Source: Gammaproteobacteria bacterium
GTDB lineage: Bacteria; Pseudomonadota; Gammaproteobacteria; Magnimaribacterales; TMED112
Assembly (NCBI GenBank): GCA_038147295.1
Contig: JAYQTH010000002.1
Span: 586,243 to 650,242 of the forward strand
Direction of reading: 5' to 3'
DNA length: 64,000 bases
Positions 32,200-40,832 of this stretch are shown piece by piece; position 1 is the stretch's first letter, and each line of letters opens with the position of its first letter. The notes under the pieces were generated by a model, which was given only the letters and a program-made list of their open reading frames with translations, did no database searches and was not told the DNA's origin. The translations under genes were made by a program, and so were the position numbers.

Positions 32200-32513
32200 T
32201 CTTCTACAACCACACCAGTTCCGTAAGCGACAACTTCCGATGCTCCTTGAGCTATAGTGCTTGATTGAAGACGAAAGACAACTATTGCATTGGCCCCTTT
32301 TGCCATTGCATCCTGTTTCATGCGTTCCACGGCCTGATCTCTCGTTTGCTGAAGCAGTCTAGAATATTCTTCAACTTCACCTCCAATGATATTTTTTAAG
32401 GAAGCAAAAACATCAGCTGCCGCATTTCTTGCTCTTGCAGAACTGCCTTTTACGTAACCAATGGTTTTTATTATTTTTTTATCTTCTATCTTCTCAGACG
32501 TAGTAATTATCAT
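32196..32513 (-). CDS. YbjQ (UPF0145) family protein
   Basis: [26 protein letters not shown]...A...GANAIV and YGTGV. Confidence 0.9.
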   Translation of the reverse strand: MIITTSEKIEDKKIIKTIGYVKGSSARARNAAADVFASLKNIIGGEVEEYSRLLQQTRDQAVERMKQDAMAKGANAIVVFRLQSSTIAQGASEVVAYGTGVVVED

Positions 32514-32575
32514 TCAGATATTATTTATTAAATTCCTTCCAATTCCAAATTAAAAAATATAGAATTCAAATCTTT

Positions 32576-32785
32576 ATGGCAGTACAAAAAAGCAAAAAGA
32601 CAAGAAGTAGAGTTGGCATGAGAAGATCTCATGATGCCTTATCTTCAAACTCTCTTTCTACAGATCAAGTAAGTGGTGAAAAGCACTTAAGACACAACAT
32701 GTCATCAGATGGGTTCTACAAAGGAAGGTTAATAAAAGACCTTAAGAAGAAAGAAAAAGAGCCTGAAGAAGAGATTCAGCAGTAA
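32576..32785 (+). CDS. rpmF: 50S ribosomal protein L32
   Basis: [20 protein letters not shown] and GEKHLRH; Cys-free (C-) form. Confidence 0.93.
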   Translation: MAVQKSKKTRSRVGMRRSHDALSSNSLSTDQVSGEKHLRHNMSSDGFYKGRLIKDLKKKEKEPEEEIQQ

Positions 32786-32790
32786 TTCCT

Positions 32791-33723
32791 ATGAGTTTTT
32801 CATTTCTTTTCCCTGGTCAAGGGTCTCAATACAATGGCATGTTCAAGGATCATTTTGAAGAATTCCCTGAATTTTCAGAAATATTAGGACAAGGCGAAGA
32901 GTTTTATAAAGAGGACCTAAAGGACATTATCTTTAAGGACGACCCAAGATTATCTGATACTTACTATACCCAACCAATCTTATTGCTTATGAGTTATGCG
33001 CTTTATAAGGTTTGGGATAAACACGGTTGCCCAAATCCCAAGGTAAGTGCTGGACACAGTTTGGGAGAGGTATCTTCATTATTATGTGCAGGTGCTTTCT
33101 CGTTATCCGATGCACTTAAGCTTATAAAATACCGAGCAAGTTTTATGATTGAAAGTAAAGGCGAAATGAAGACAAAAATGTCGGCTGTTTTAGGCATAGA
33201 GGGAAGCAAGATAGTGGATATCTTAAAAAACAGAAGAGCAAATTTTCTTGAAGCAGTAAATCTAAATGCACCACAACAGACCGTCATTGCTGGTAATGCA
33301 GATGAGGTTGAAGCAGTAAAAGAGCTGCTTAAGACTGAGGGAGCAAAAAGAATCATAGACTTGTCTGTCTCTGTTCCTTCACATTCATCCTTAATGGATA
33401 TAGCCTCGTCAAAACTAAAATTAGTTTTGGACGACATAAATATAGATGAACCAAAATTTTCAACAATTCAAAATTACGATTCCAAAGTTTCTATTTCAGG
33501 GACAGAAGTTAGACACAGGCTGGCTGAACAAATTTCTAATCCTGTTCAATGGGTGGAATCGATGAAAAAATTAAAAAAATATTCTTTGAATGAGCATCTT
33601 GAAATGGGTCCTGGTAAAGTTTTATGCAGCTTAGCGAAACAAAATAGGCTGGCTGGCTCCTTTTCAGCCCTAGATAATATTGATACATTTAAAGAGAAAA
33701 TTTCAGAATATGGACAAAAATAG
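32791..33723 (+). CDS. fabD: Malonyl-CoA:ACP transacylase
   Basis: FPGQGSQ, TQP, AGHSLGE, VSVPSHS.LM and PVQW. Confidence 0.94.
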   Translation: MSFSFLFPGQGSQYNGMFKDHFEEFPEFSEILGQGEEFYKEDLKDIIFKDDPRLSDTYYTQPILLLMSYALYKVWDKHGCPNPKVSAGHSLGEVSSLLCAGAFSLSDALKLIKYRASFMIESKGEMKTKMSAVLGIEGSKIVDILKNRRANFLEAVNLNAPQQTVIAGNADEVEAVKELLKTEGAKRIIDLSVSVPSHSSLMDIASSKLKLVLDDINIDEPKFSTIQNYDSKVSISGTEVRHRLAEQISNPVQWVESMKKLKKYSLNEHLEMGPGKVLCSLAKQNRLAGSFSALDNIDTFKEKISEYGQK

Positions 33724-34411
33724 AGTTTTAATCACTGGCGGTAGCAGAGGAATAGGACAAGGGCTGTGCGATGCATTTCTCTCTGATGGTTATGAGGTTT
33801 TGGCCACTTGTCGAGATGCATCACAAATGACCTCAAAGGACAAGAATCTGATTTATGAAAGCCTGGATATCTCTAACCCAGTTTCTTTAGAGCAGTTTAA
33901 GTCTGTTGTTGATGATTTTAAGCCCTGCGTGTTAATCAATAATGCAGGCATTACAAAGGATAATTTATTTCTGCGAATGTCTGATGAGGAATGGACAGAT
34001 GTTCTAAACACAAACCTCACCGGTACTTTTAGAGTCACCAAGCTCGTTGCAAAGTTAATGTTAAAAGCTAAGTGGGGCAGAATCATAAATATAAGCTCTA
34101 TTTCTGGAATTATGGGCAATCCAGGTCAAACAAACTATTCTGCCTCTAAAGCAGGGATGGATGGTTTCACAAGATCGCTTGCTAAAGAATTGGGCGCTAG
34201 AAATATAACAGTTAATTCTATTTCTCCTGGTTTTATTGAAACTGACATGACCAAGGGACTTATTGACGAAGATTTGATAGAAAAAATTCCTTTAGGAAGA
34301 GCAGGTCAAGTCAGTGATATTGCTTCTGTTGCTTTATTTTTAGCATCGGAGAATGCTAATTACATTACGGGTCAAACATTAGTAGTTGATGGCGGACTAT
34401 TTATGAAGTAA
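33710..34411 (+). CDS. fabG: 3-oxoacyl-ACP reductase
   Basis: TGGSRGIG, NNAGITKDNL, GQTNYSASKAG and PGFIETDMT. Confidence 0.95.
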   Translation: MDKNRVLITGGSRGIGQGLCDAFLSDGYEVLATCRDASQMTSKDKNLIYESLDISNPVSLEQFKSVVDDFKPCVLINNAGITKDNLFLRMSDEEWTDVLNTNLTGTFRVTKLVAKLMLKAKWGRIINISSISGIMGNPGQTNYSASKAGMDGFTRSLAKELGARNITVNSISPGFIETDMTKGLIDEDLIEKIPLGRAGQVSDIASVALFLASENANYITGQTLVVDGGLFMK

Positions 34412-34447
34412 AGTACGCCTTTACAAAAACTTATTTTTGGAGAAATT

Positions 34448-34681
34448 ATGAGCGAAGTTCTAAACAAGGTTGTAGACATTGTCTGTGATCAACTTTCTGT
34501 AAACAAAGATGACGTTAACCCTGAGTCCTCATTCGTAGAAGATCTAGGAGCAGATTCACTGGATACGGTAGAGCTAGTTATGGCTTTCGAAGAAGAATTT
34601 GAGTTAGAAATTCCTGATGACGAAGCCGAAAAAATCACCACAATTCAAAGTGCAGTTGAGTGGATCGAAGGCAATAGCTAA
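34448..34681 (+). CDS. acpP: Acyl carrier protein
   Basis: [20 protein letters not shown]. Confidence 0.98.
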   Translation: MSEVLNKVVDIVCDQLSVNKDDVNPESSFVEDLGADSLDTVELVMAFEEEFELEIPDDEAEKITTIQSAVEWIEGNS

Positions 34682-35642
34682 GAAAACACTTGTTGTAACA
34701 GTTGTAATTGGAGTTTTGCTTTTCATAGCAAAGCTTAGTTATTCGGTAAATCAAAAAATACCTCTCATAGAAGAAAATGCCTCTTTTGTTATCAAAAAAG
34801 GGGAGACCTTCAATTCTGTTATTGAAAGAATAAGTGTAGAGTTCGGTACATCGGATCTATTTTGGACAAAGTTGGTCTACAAAATTCATGGCACACCTAT
34901 TGTGAAAGCTGGCCGATATAATATTTATCCTGAAACAAGACTAAAAAAACTAATCGATCGATTCTCTGAAGGAGATATTGAAAGGTTCAGATTCACAGTA
35001 ATAGAAGGGACCATTGCATCTAGAGCCGCTTTTAAGCTAAAGGATATTATTGAAATTAATAATTTAGATATAGTTTTAGATGAAGAGATAAAAGCATTCT
35101 TTTCTAAGGAAGCAGTAATTTTTCCTGATACTTATTTTTTCTCTGACAGTGATGATTTAAAAAGAGTTCTGCAATCCTCGCAAGAGTCATTGAATCAATA
35201 TTTGCAGGATTTATGGCAACAGAAACCTGCCAGTAATCCCTTAAAAACACCTGAAGAAGCTTTGGTGCTTGCATCAATGATTGAAAGGGAGGCCATGCTT
35301 ACCTCTGAACAAGAAACCATAGCGTCTGTCTTCCTTTTCAGGCTAGTTAAAGGAATGAGGTTGCAGTCCGACCCAACATCTTCTTATGGGTATTACCAAG
35401 ATTATGGTGAAAAGATTGGTAGAAAAGTTCTCGTAGACCAAAATGAATTTAATACTTATAGGATCGATGGTCTTCCACCAAGCCCTATATGCTACCCTTC
35501 AAAATCTGCAATTGAAGCTGCAATACTGTCTGTTCCTGGTGAGTATCTTTTTTTTGTTGCAAAAGGGGATGGGTCCCATGTGTTTTCAAAAAACTACGAA
35601 GATCACAATAAAGCTGTAAAAAAATATATTTACAGTAAATAA
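34674..35642 (+). CDS. mltG: Endolytic transglycosylase MltG (start uncertain: TTG 34656 or ATA 34674)
   Basis: N-terminal TM helix, [27 protein letters not shown]-like [14 protein letters not shown] and [14 protein letters not shown]. Confidence 0.88.
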   Translation: MAKKTLVVTVVIGVLLFIAKLSYSVNQKIPLIEENASFVIKKGETFNSVIERISVEFGTSDLFWTKLVYKIHGTPIVKAGRYNIYPETRLKKLIDRFSEGDIERFRFTVIEGTIASRAAFKLKDIIEINNLDIVLDEEIKAFFSKEAVIFPDTYFFSDSDDLKRVLQSSQESLNQYLQDLWQQKPASNPLKTPEEALVLASMIEREAMLTSEQETIASVFLFRLVKGMRLQSDPTSSYGYYQDYGEKIGRKVLVDQNEFNTYRIDGLPPSPICYPSKSAIEAAILSVPGEYLFFVAKGDGSHVFSKNYEDHNKAVKKYIYSK

Positions 35643-35649
35643 TATATCG

Positions 35650-36264
35650 ATGTTTATCTCTTTTGAAGGAATCGAAGGTTCCGGTAAGTCAACTCAAATA
35701 GAATTACTCAAGGATTTTTTAAACCAAAAAGGTTTGAACCCTGTTGTCATACGTGAACCTGGTGGCACACAAATTGGGGAGAAAGTAAGAGATATTTTCC
35801 TTACAAAAACTAATGAGTATTTTGATCCTTTAACGGAAGTTTTATTGCTCTATTCATCACGCAAACAGCTGGATACCAATGTAATTAAACCAGCACTCAG
35901 AGCTGGTAAAATTGTGATTGCAGACAGGTTTGCAGATGCAACTATAGCTTACCAAGCTTATGGAAAGAGTGTCTCCAAAGACTTTATTGCTCAACTGCAT
36001 AGTGACTTAGAAATATCTAACCCCGATCTAACTTTTTTTATTGATATCTCACCAGAATTATCAAAAGCAAGAATTTCAGATCGTGAATCAGATAGAATGG
36101 AAAGTGAATCTATTGAATTTTTTTCTAAAGTTAGATCAGGCTATCAAGCTTGTGCCAAGGATAGTGACAGGGTTATTACCATTGAAGGAACAGATTCAAT
36201 TGAAGATGTTTTTGTGGAAATTAAAGAGGCAGTAGCAAAAAAATTAAATGTATCAGTGGAATAA
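35650..36264 (+). CDS. tmk: Thymidylate kinase
   Basis: FISFEGIEGSGKST, REPGGT, DRF and R.GY. Confidence 0.95.
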   Translation: MFISFEGIEGSGKSTQIELLKDFLNQKGLNPVVIREPGGTQIGEKVRDIFLTKTNEYFDPLTEVLLLYSSRKQLDTNVIKPALRAGKIVIADRFADATIAYQAYGKSVSKDFIAQLHSDLEISNPDLTFFIDISPELSKARISDRESDRMESESIEFFSKVRSGYQACAKDSDRVITIEGTDSIEDVFVEIKEAVAKKLNVSVE

Positions 36265-37054
36265 AGATTTTTTAGCGAATCCACCAAAAATTCAGCCTAA
36301 AACAATTTTTTATGGCAGCACTGGAGATGATATTCATAAAATTGTTTCAACTCTTGTCCTTAAACACTTAGACGAAAAATTCAAAAAAGAAATTAAACAA
36401 ACTCAAAACTTGGATGACTTAGCGCTACCAAATTTCTTTTTTTTAAAAAAAGAAGAAGGGAAATCAAATATCCCGATTGAGGAAATAAGAAAACCAAAGG
36501 AATTTCTGAATTTAAAAAGTACTTTAGGCAAAATGCTTTATATTCAAGGCGGACAAGATATCCGAATTGATGGTTACAATGCTTTGTTAAAAGCAGTTGA
36601 GGATTCAGATTCATCAACTTTTATTTGGATCTCCACTGAGAGCTTAAAATCAATCCCAGCCACCATTTTAAGTAGATTTGATCAGATAAAAATACCTTCT
36701 CCTAAAAGTAGCTGCATTAAAGAATACTTTGAGGAAAATAAAATTAAATTTGATGATGAGATGCTGACTTTTGTGGCTCAAAACCCAAATGTTATGATGA
36801 TGGATGATTTTCACTTATTGCTTAAAAGATTTGATCAGGTCTTGCAATCAAAAGATATAGCTTCAATTGAAAAATCTGAATTTAAGCTATTTCTTGACTA
36901 CCTTATATTCAATAACAAACACAGAATAGGCTCAGATCATAAGCAAGCAATAAAGAGGCTTAACGTTCTAACAGAAGCAAAAAAATCACTACTCTCGGCC
37001 CACAATCTAAGTCTTGATGTAATTCGGCTGAGAGTTAATTCTTGTCTCGATTAG
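36248..37054 (+). CDS. holB: Divergent DNA polymerase III delta-prime subunit
   Basis: Position after tmk; I.IEEIR, NALLKAVED and IPATILSR remnants. Confidence 0.7.
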   Translation: MYQWNKDFLANPPKIQPKTIFYGSTGDDIHKIVSTLVLKHLDEKFKKEIKQTQNLDDLALPNFFFLKKEEGKSNIPIEEIRKPKEFLNLKSTLGKMLYIQGGQDIRIDGYNALLKAVEDSDSSTFIWISTESLKSIPATILSRFDQIKIPSPKSSCIKEYFEENKIKFDDEMLTFVAQNPNVMMMDDFHLLLKRFDQVLQSKDIASIEKSEFKLFLDYLIFNNKHRIGSDHKQAIKRLNVLTEAKKSLLSAHNLSLDVIRLRVNSCLD

Positions 37055-38543
37055 GTCTAGGAAAGAAAGAGTTTTCCTGCTCAAATGCATAAGCAAAATT
37101 AATAATTTTTGCTTCCTCCCAAGCAGAGGCAAAAAATGATACTCCAACCGGTAAGCCTTCTACGTAATCAAGAGGTATAGTTATGTGCGGATAGCCTGCA
37201 ACAGCTGATAAGCCACCATTACCCCAGGAAAGCCCATTAAAGCCTCTAGAGTCACCATTTTCATGATCAGTTTTCCATGCCGGATTTCTGGTAAGTCCTA
37301 CCAGGCCATCAAGGCTATTTCTTTGTAATAGACCGTCAATTTGGTTTTGAGCTCTTGATACAATTAGCTCAACGCCTTTTTCATACTTCTCTTCATCTGT
37401 TGCTGAAGCGCTATCAAGAAAGATTTCATGACCAAAATGTTTTAAGACACTTTCAGAATTCTCTTCATTAAAAGCGATTAAGTCAGACAAACTATTCATG
37501 CTAGATGCACTTGATTCTAGGTATTTATTGACTCCTTCTCTAAATTCATAAAGCAATACATAGTATTCATTATCCCACTTATAGTTGCTTTGAATATCAA
37601 AGTTAACTCTAAGCACTTCTGCTCCTAATTTGGTAAGGATTGCTTCAGATTTTTCTAGTAACACTTTTTCATATTCAGAAACTTCTTCCGGAAAGATGAG
37701 ACCAACTCTTTTCCCAAGAAGCGATTGCTTGCTCATACTTAGCAAGGCTTTGAAATCATAATCTTTTGGAATATTTTTTGTTGCCGGGTCTTTAGGGTCT
37801 GCACCAGATATGGCGTGAAGAACTGCAGCTGCATCACTAACACTTCTCGCCATTGGTCCGGCTGTATCTTGCGTTTCAGAGATAGGAATAATTCCATCTC
37901 TGCTTACTAAACCAACTGTAGGCTTAATTCCAACAACACCATTAATTGAGGCAGGACAGCTAATTGAACCGTTTGTTTCTGTGCCTATTGCAACTGGAAC
38001 AAGGCCTTCAGCAACAACTGCTGCACTACCTGAACTTGATCCGCATGGGTTGTAGCTTAAATCGTAAGGATTATTAGTTTGCCCTCCATAGCTTGACCAC
38101 CCGCTAGTTGAAGGATTACCTCTGAAGTTAGCCCATTCCGATAAGTTTGCCTTACCAGCCAAGACAAAGCCGGAATCTTTTAGTAGTTTTACTATGTGTG
38201 CGTCATCTTTGGGGAAGTTATCAAGCATTGCCAATGATCCTGCAGTATTTGCAAGACCAACCGAATCTATATTATCTTTAATGATTATTGGCACGCCTCG
38301 CCATTCTGTTCTTCTGCTATAAACAAAATTTTTATAAAGGTCTTGATCAGAATAAAGGGCAATTACAGCATTTACATCACCATCTGCTTCTTCCAGGTAG
38401 CTTAGGTACTCTTTATAAAAGGCTCTTTTATTGTTTGAGCTATCAAGCAACTGTTTAAATTCATCCAGCGATAAGTCTTTAAAATTATTTTCGCTGTATG
38501 CAAGGAAAGATATGAGGCAAAAAAAGATGGTTCTATTTAACAT
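37035..38543 (-). CDS. Secreted amidase-signature family enzyme (peptide amidase-like)
   Basis: Signal-peptide-like N-terminus; IKDNI, PCGSSSGS and GTETNGSISCPA (Ser-cisSer-Lys triad). Confidence 0.88.
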   Translation of the reverse strand: MLNRTIFFCLISFLAYSENNFKDLSLDEFKQLLDSSNNKRAFYKEYLSYLEEADGDVNAVIALYSDQDLYKNFVYSRRTEWRGVPIIIKDNIDSVGLANTAGSLAMLDNFPKDDAHIVKLLKDSGFVLAGKANLSEWANFRGNPSTSGWSSYGGQTNNPYDLSYNPCGSSSGSAAVVAEGLVPVAIGTETNGSISCPASINGVVGIKPTVGLVSRDGIIPISETQDTAGPMARSVSDAAAVLHAISGADPKDPATKNIPKDYDFKALLSMSKQSLLGKRVGLIFPEEVSEYEKVLLEKSEAILTKLGAEVLRVNFDIQSNYKWDNEYYVLLYEFREGVNKYLESSASSMNSLSDLIAFNEENSESVLKHFGHEIFLDSASATDEEKYEKGVELIVSRAQNQIDGLLQRNSLDGLVGLTRNPAWKTDHENGDSRGFNGLSWGNGGLSAVAGYPHITIPLDYVEGLPVGVSFFASAWEEAKIINFAYAFEQENSFFPRPNRDKN

Positions 38544-38660
38544 AGAACCATCTTATAAAATTTATGGTAATTTTCTAGTACAATGAATTAGAGAGAGCGC
38601 TTAAATTAAAATACAAAGGGCTATAGGATTAAATCTAAACTCTCTCTCCAAACTCAATGA

Positions 38661-39908
38661 CTAAAACTCTGGGTACGCTTCAATACCTATTTCTTCAGCA
38701 TCCAACCCTTTCTTTTGAATTTCGTCAGAAGCTCTAACTGGAGCCACCAGATTGAGTAAAAATAGGAATGCATAGGTCAATACAAACCCCCAAAGGACAA
38801 TTGAAACAACGCCATACAGTTGAGAACCAAATGTAGCTTCTGCATTAGTAAATGGCACAACCATGACACCAAATATTCCAGCAGCTCCATGGGCGGAAAT
38901 AGCGCCTACAGGATCATCAACCTTAAAGAATTGTTCAAATGCAACCAATGCACCATAACAAATTAGACCGCCAACTGCTCCAATTAAAGTAGCTTCATAA
39001 CCACTTGGAGATAATGGGTCTGCTGTTATTGAAACTAGTCCTGATATGGCACCATTTAATGCATAAATGATGTTGGTTTTTTTGAAAAACACTCTGGCAA
39101 CCACTAAACATGAAATAACACCTCCTGCAGCAGCCATATTGGTATTTAGGAATACTTGAGCTACAGCATTAGCGTTTTCAACGTCTTGTATTGCAAGCTG
39201 TGAACCTCCATTAAAACCAAACCAACCCAACCACAGAACAAAAGTTCCCAATGCAGCAATAGGAATATTTGCACCGTAAAGTTTCTTTGTTTCTGCTACA
39301 GGGAAGAGTCCATAACGCTTACCTGATACCTTGCCATATTTACCAAGTCTTGGGCCAATGAATATTGCTGCAGCTAAGGCACATGCAGCTCCAATTAAAT
39401 GGACTGTTCCTGAACCAGCAAAATCTGAATAGCCAGCCTGTTTTAAGAATCCGCCACCCCAATTCCAGAAGCCTTGTACAGGGTAGATGAAAGCTGCTAT
39501 AAAGACGACCAAAGCAAAAAATGGCCATTGGTTCATTCTCTCAGCAACAGCACCAGATACAATTGAGCAAGCGGTGGCAACAAAAACTACTTGAAAGAAA
39601 AAATCAGCAGATTCTGAGTAGCCATAACCATCAACGACTGTATCAGCAGTAGTGCTTCCAAAACTAAAGTCGTAAGCTGGCACGATTGTTCCAGCAGGCA
39701 CATCACCTGGGTACATCACCATGTAGCCACATAGCAAATACATAAAGCATGCTATTGAATAAAGGCCGATATTTTTTGTAACTATTTCAGCCGTATTTTT
39801 TCTTCTGACAAGACCTGCTTCAAGCATGGTAAAGCCCGCTGCCATCCACATGACTAAAGCAGCAGTTAACAGCATATATAACGTATTTAAAGCGTATCCT
39901 AGTTCCAT
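38661..39908 (-). CDS. amtB: Ammonium transporter
   Basis: AGFTMLEAG, DFAGSGTVH, WLGWFGFNGGS and DDPVGAISAHG (both pore His present). Confidence 0.95.
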   Translation of the reverse strand: MELGYALNTLYMLLTAALVMWMAAGFTMLEAGLVRRKNTAEIVTKNIGLYSIACFMYLLCGYMVMYPGDVPAGTIVPAYDFSFGSTTADTVVDGYGYSESADFFFQVVFVATACSIVSGAVAERMNQWPFFALVVFIAAFIYPVQGFWNWGGGFLKQAGYSDFAGSGTVHLIGAACALAAAIFIGPRLGKYGKVSGKRYGLFPVAETKKLYGANIPIAALGTFVLWLGWFGFNGGSQLAIQDVENANAVAQVFLNTNMAAAGGVISCLVVARVFFKKTNIIYALNGAISGLVSITADPLSPSGYEATLIGAVGGLICYGALVAFEQFFKVDDPVGAISAHGAAGIFGVMVVPFTNAEATFGSQLYGVVSIVLWGFVLTYAFLFLLNLVAPVRASDEIQKKGLDAEEIGIEAYPEF

Positions 39909-39917
39909 ATTAGCCCC

Positions 39918-40514
39918 TTAAAATGATGCTCCGACAGTAAAAAATAGCCCGTCTTCATCTTCTAACCCTGATGCACCATCGGCCGTAAATGAGCTATAAC
40001 CCAAAGACGCGTCATACTCACCTAAAGAAAATCCGTAACCTACTAAAAAGTTTGATCCTGTGTCTTCGTAATCTCCATAAGAAAATGAGAAATCACCAAA
40101 ACCATATGATATGTCATAGTAGTCTCCAAACTCATCGCCAAGGTAGTACGAGAAACCCACACCGGCATATGACAATGCAACGTAGATTTCTGAAAAGTCG
40201 GCATCTGTTACTTCAGGGTAAGCATAATTGATGTAACCAACATCCCATCCAAGACCACCATCGGTTTCACCCGCGTAGCCGAGATAGGTATCAAGTTCTA
40301 GACCTGCACCACCAAAAGCAACATTAGAACCCCAAGTACCAGCATAAAAGCCACCTTCAGAGCTATAATCAAATCCACCACTGTATGCGGGAGCATCCAT
40401 TGTTTGGGACATCCCACGCCAGAAGTAATTTGATGAAAATGAAAAGTTCGAGGACACACCTGCAAACACATTCAACGTTAGAAATATGGCTAAAGCCATC
40501 ATTCCTTTTTTCAT
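39918..40514 (-). CDS. TorF-family putative porin (TIGR02001-like)
   Basis: Signal peptide, SNYFWRGMSQT...PA.SGGFDY, FYAGTWGSNV, ELD.Y.GY and terminal Phe. Confidence 0.85.
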   Translation of the reverse strand: MKKGMMALAIFLTLNVFAGVSSNFSFSSNYFWRGMSQTMDAPAYSGGFDYSSEGGFYAGTWGSNVAFGGAGLELDTYLGYAGETDGGLGWDVGYINYAYPEVTDADFSEIYVALSYAGVGFSYYLGDEFGDYYDISYGFGDFSFSYGDYEDTGSNFLVGYGFSLGEYDASLGYSSFTADGASGLEDEDGLFFTVGASF

Positions 40515-40553
40515 AAAAACATCTCCTTATTAAAAATAAGTGTGTTAAGAATT

Positions 40554-40586
40554 GAAAAAGGGCTAAACCTTCATAGTTTAGTAGCC
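40554..40586 (-). terminator. Intrinsic terminator-like hairpin directly 3' of the riboswitch
   Basis: Minus strand GGCTACTAAAC-TATGAAG-GTTTAGCC followed by CTTTTT. Confidence 0.6.
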
Positions 40587-40636
40587 GCGTTCCTTCAGCT
40601 TTCGCTTACTTCCGTCCTCGAAGAGGATGAACGATT
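40586..40636 (-). ncRNA. Glutamine-I (glnA motif) riboswitch aptamer
   Basis: Minus strand AUCGUUCA-UCCUCUUCGAGGA-CGGAAGUA-AGCGAAAGCU-GAAGGAACGCG gives P1 CGUUC/GAACG, P2, P3 with a GNRA loop and E-loop strands; upstream of porin-amt. Confidence 0.85.
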
Positions 40637-40654
40637 AGACGCTGCTCCTTTTTT

Positions 40655-40720
40655 ACCATGGAGTATGGTTTAACTTTTAACCCATGTTATATGGGCTCCT
40701 TTTAACCCATGGAGTATGGG
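40655..40720. repeat. Three tandem 15-bp palindromes (A/C)CCAT-N5-ATGG(T/G) in 25-26-bp repeat units
   Basis: ACCATGGAGTATGGT (40655), CCCATGTTATATGGG (40681) and CCCATGGAGTATGGG (40706). Confidence 0.9.
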
Positions 40721-40757
40721 GATAAAAAATATCTTCTTTATAAACACTATTTATAAA

Positions 40758-40798
40758 TTAACATAAACTAAATTAATGTTGTAGAATGTAAATGTCAA
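40758..40798. promoter_or_regulatory. Overlapping divergent sigma70-like promoters for gltBD (+) and porin-amt (-)
   Basis: Plus strand TTAACA-N18-TAGAAT (40758-40787); minus strand TTGACA (40798-40793)-N17-TAATTT. Confidence 0.45.
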
Positions 40799-40832
40799 TA
40801 AAAAATTTACATAAAGTCGAAAAAGCAACAAA

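Noticed and set aside
40655-40720. CRISPR mini-array or ANTAR dual-hairpin
   Set aside because: Spacers are only 10-11 nt and similar to each other; the loops are 5 nt, not AxxGxx hexaloops.
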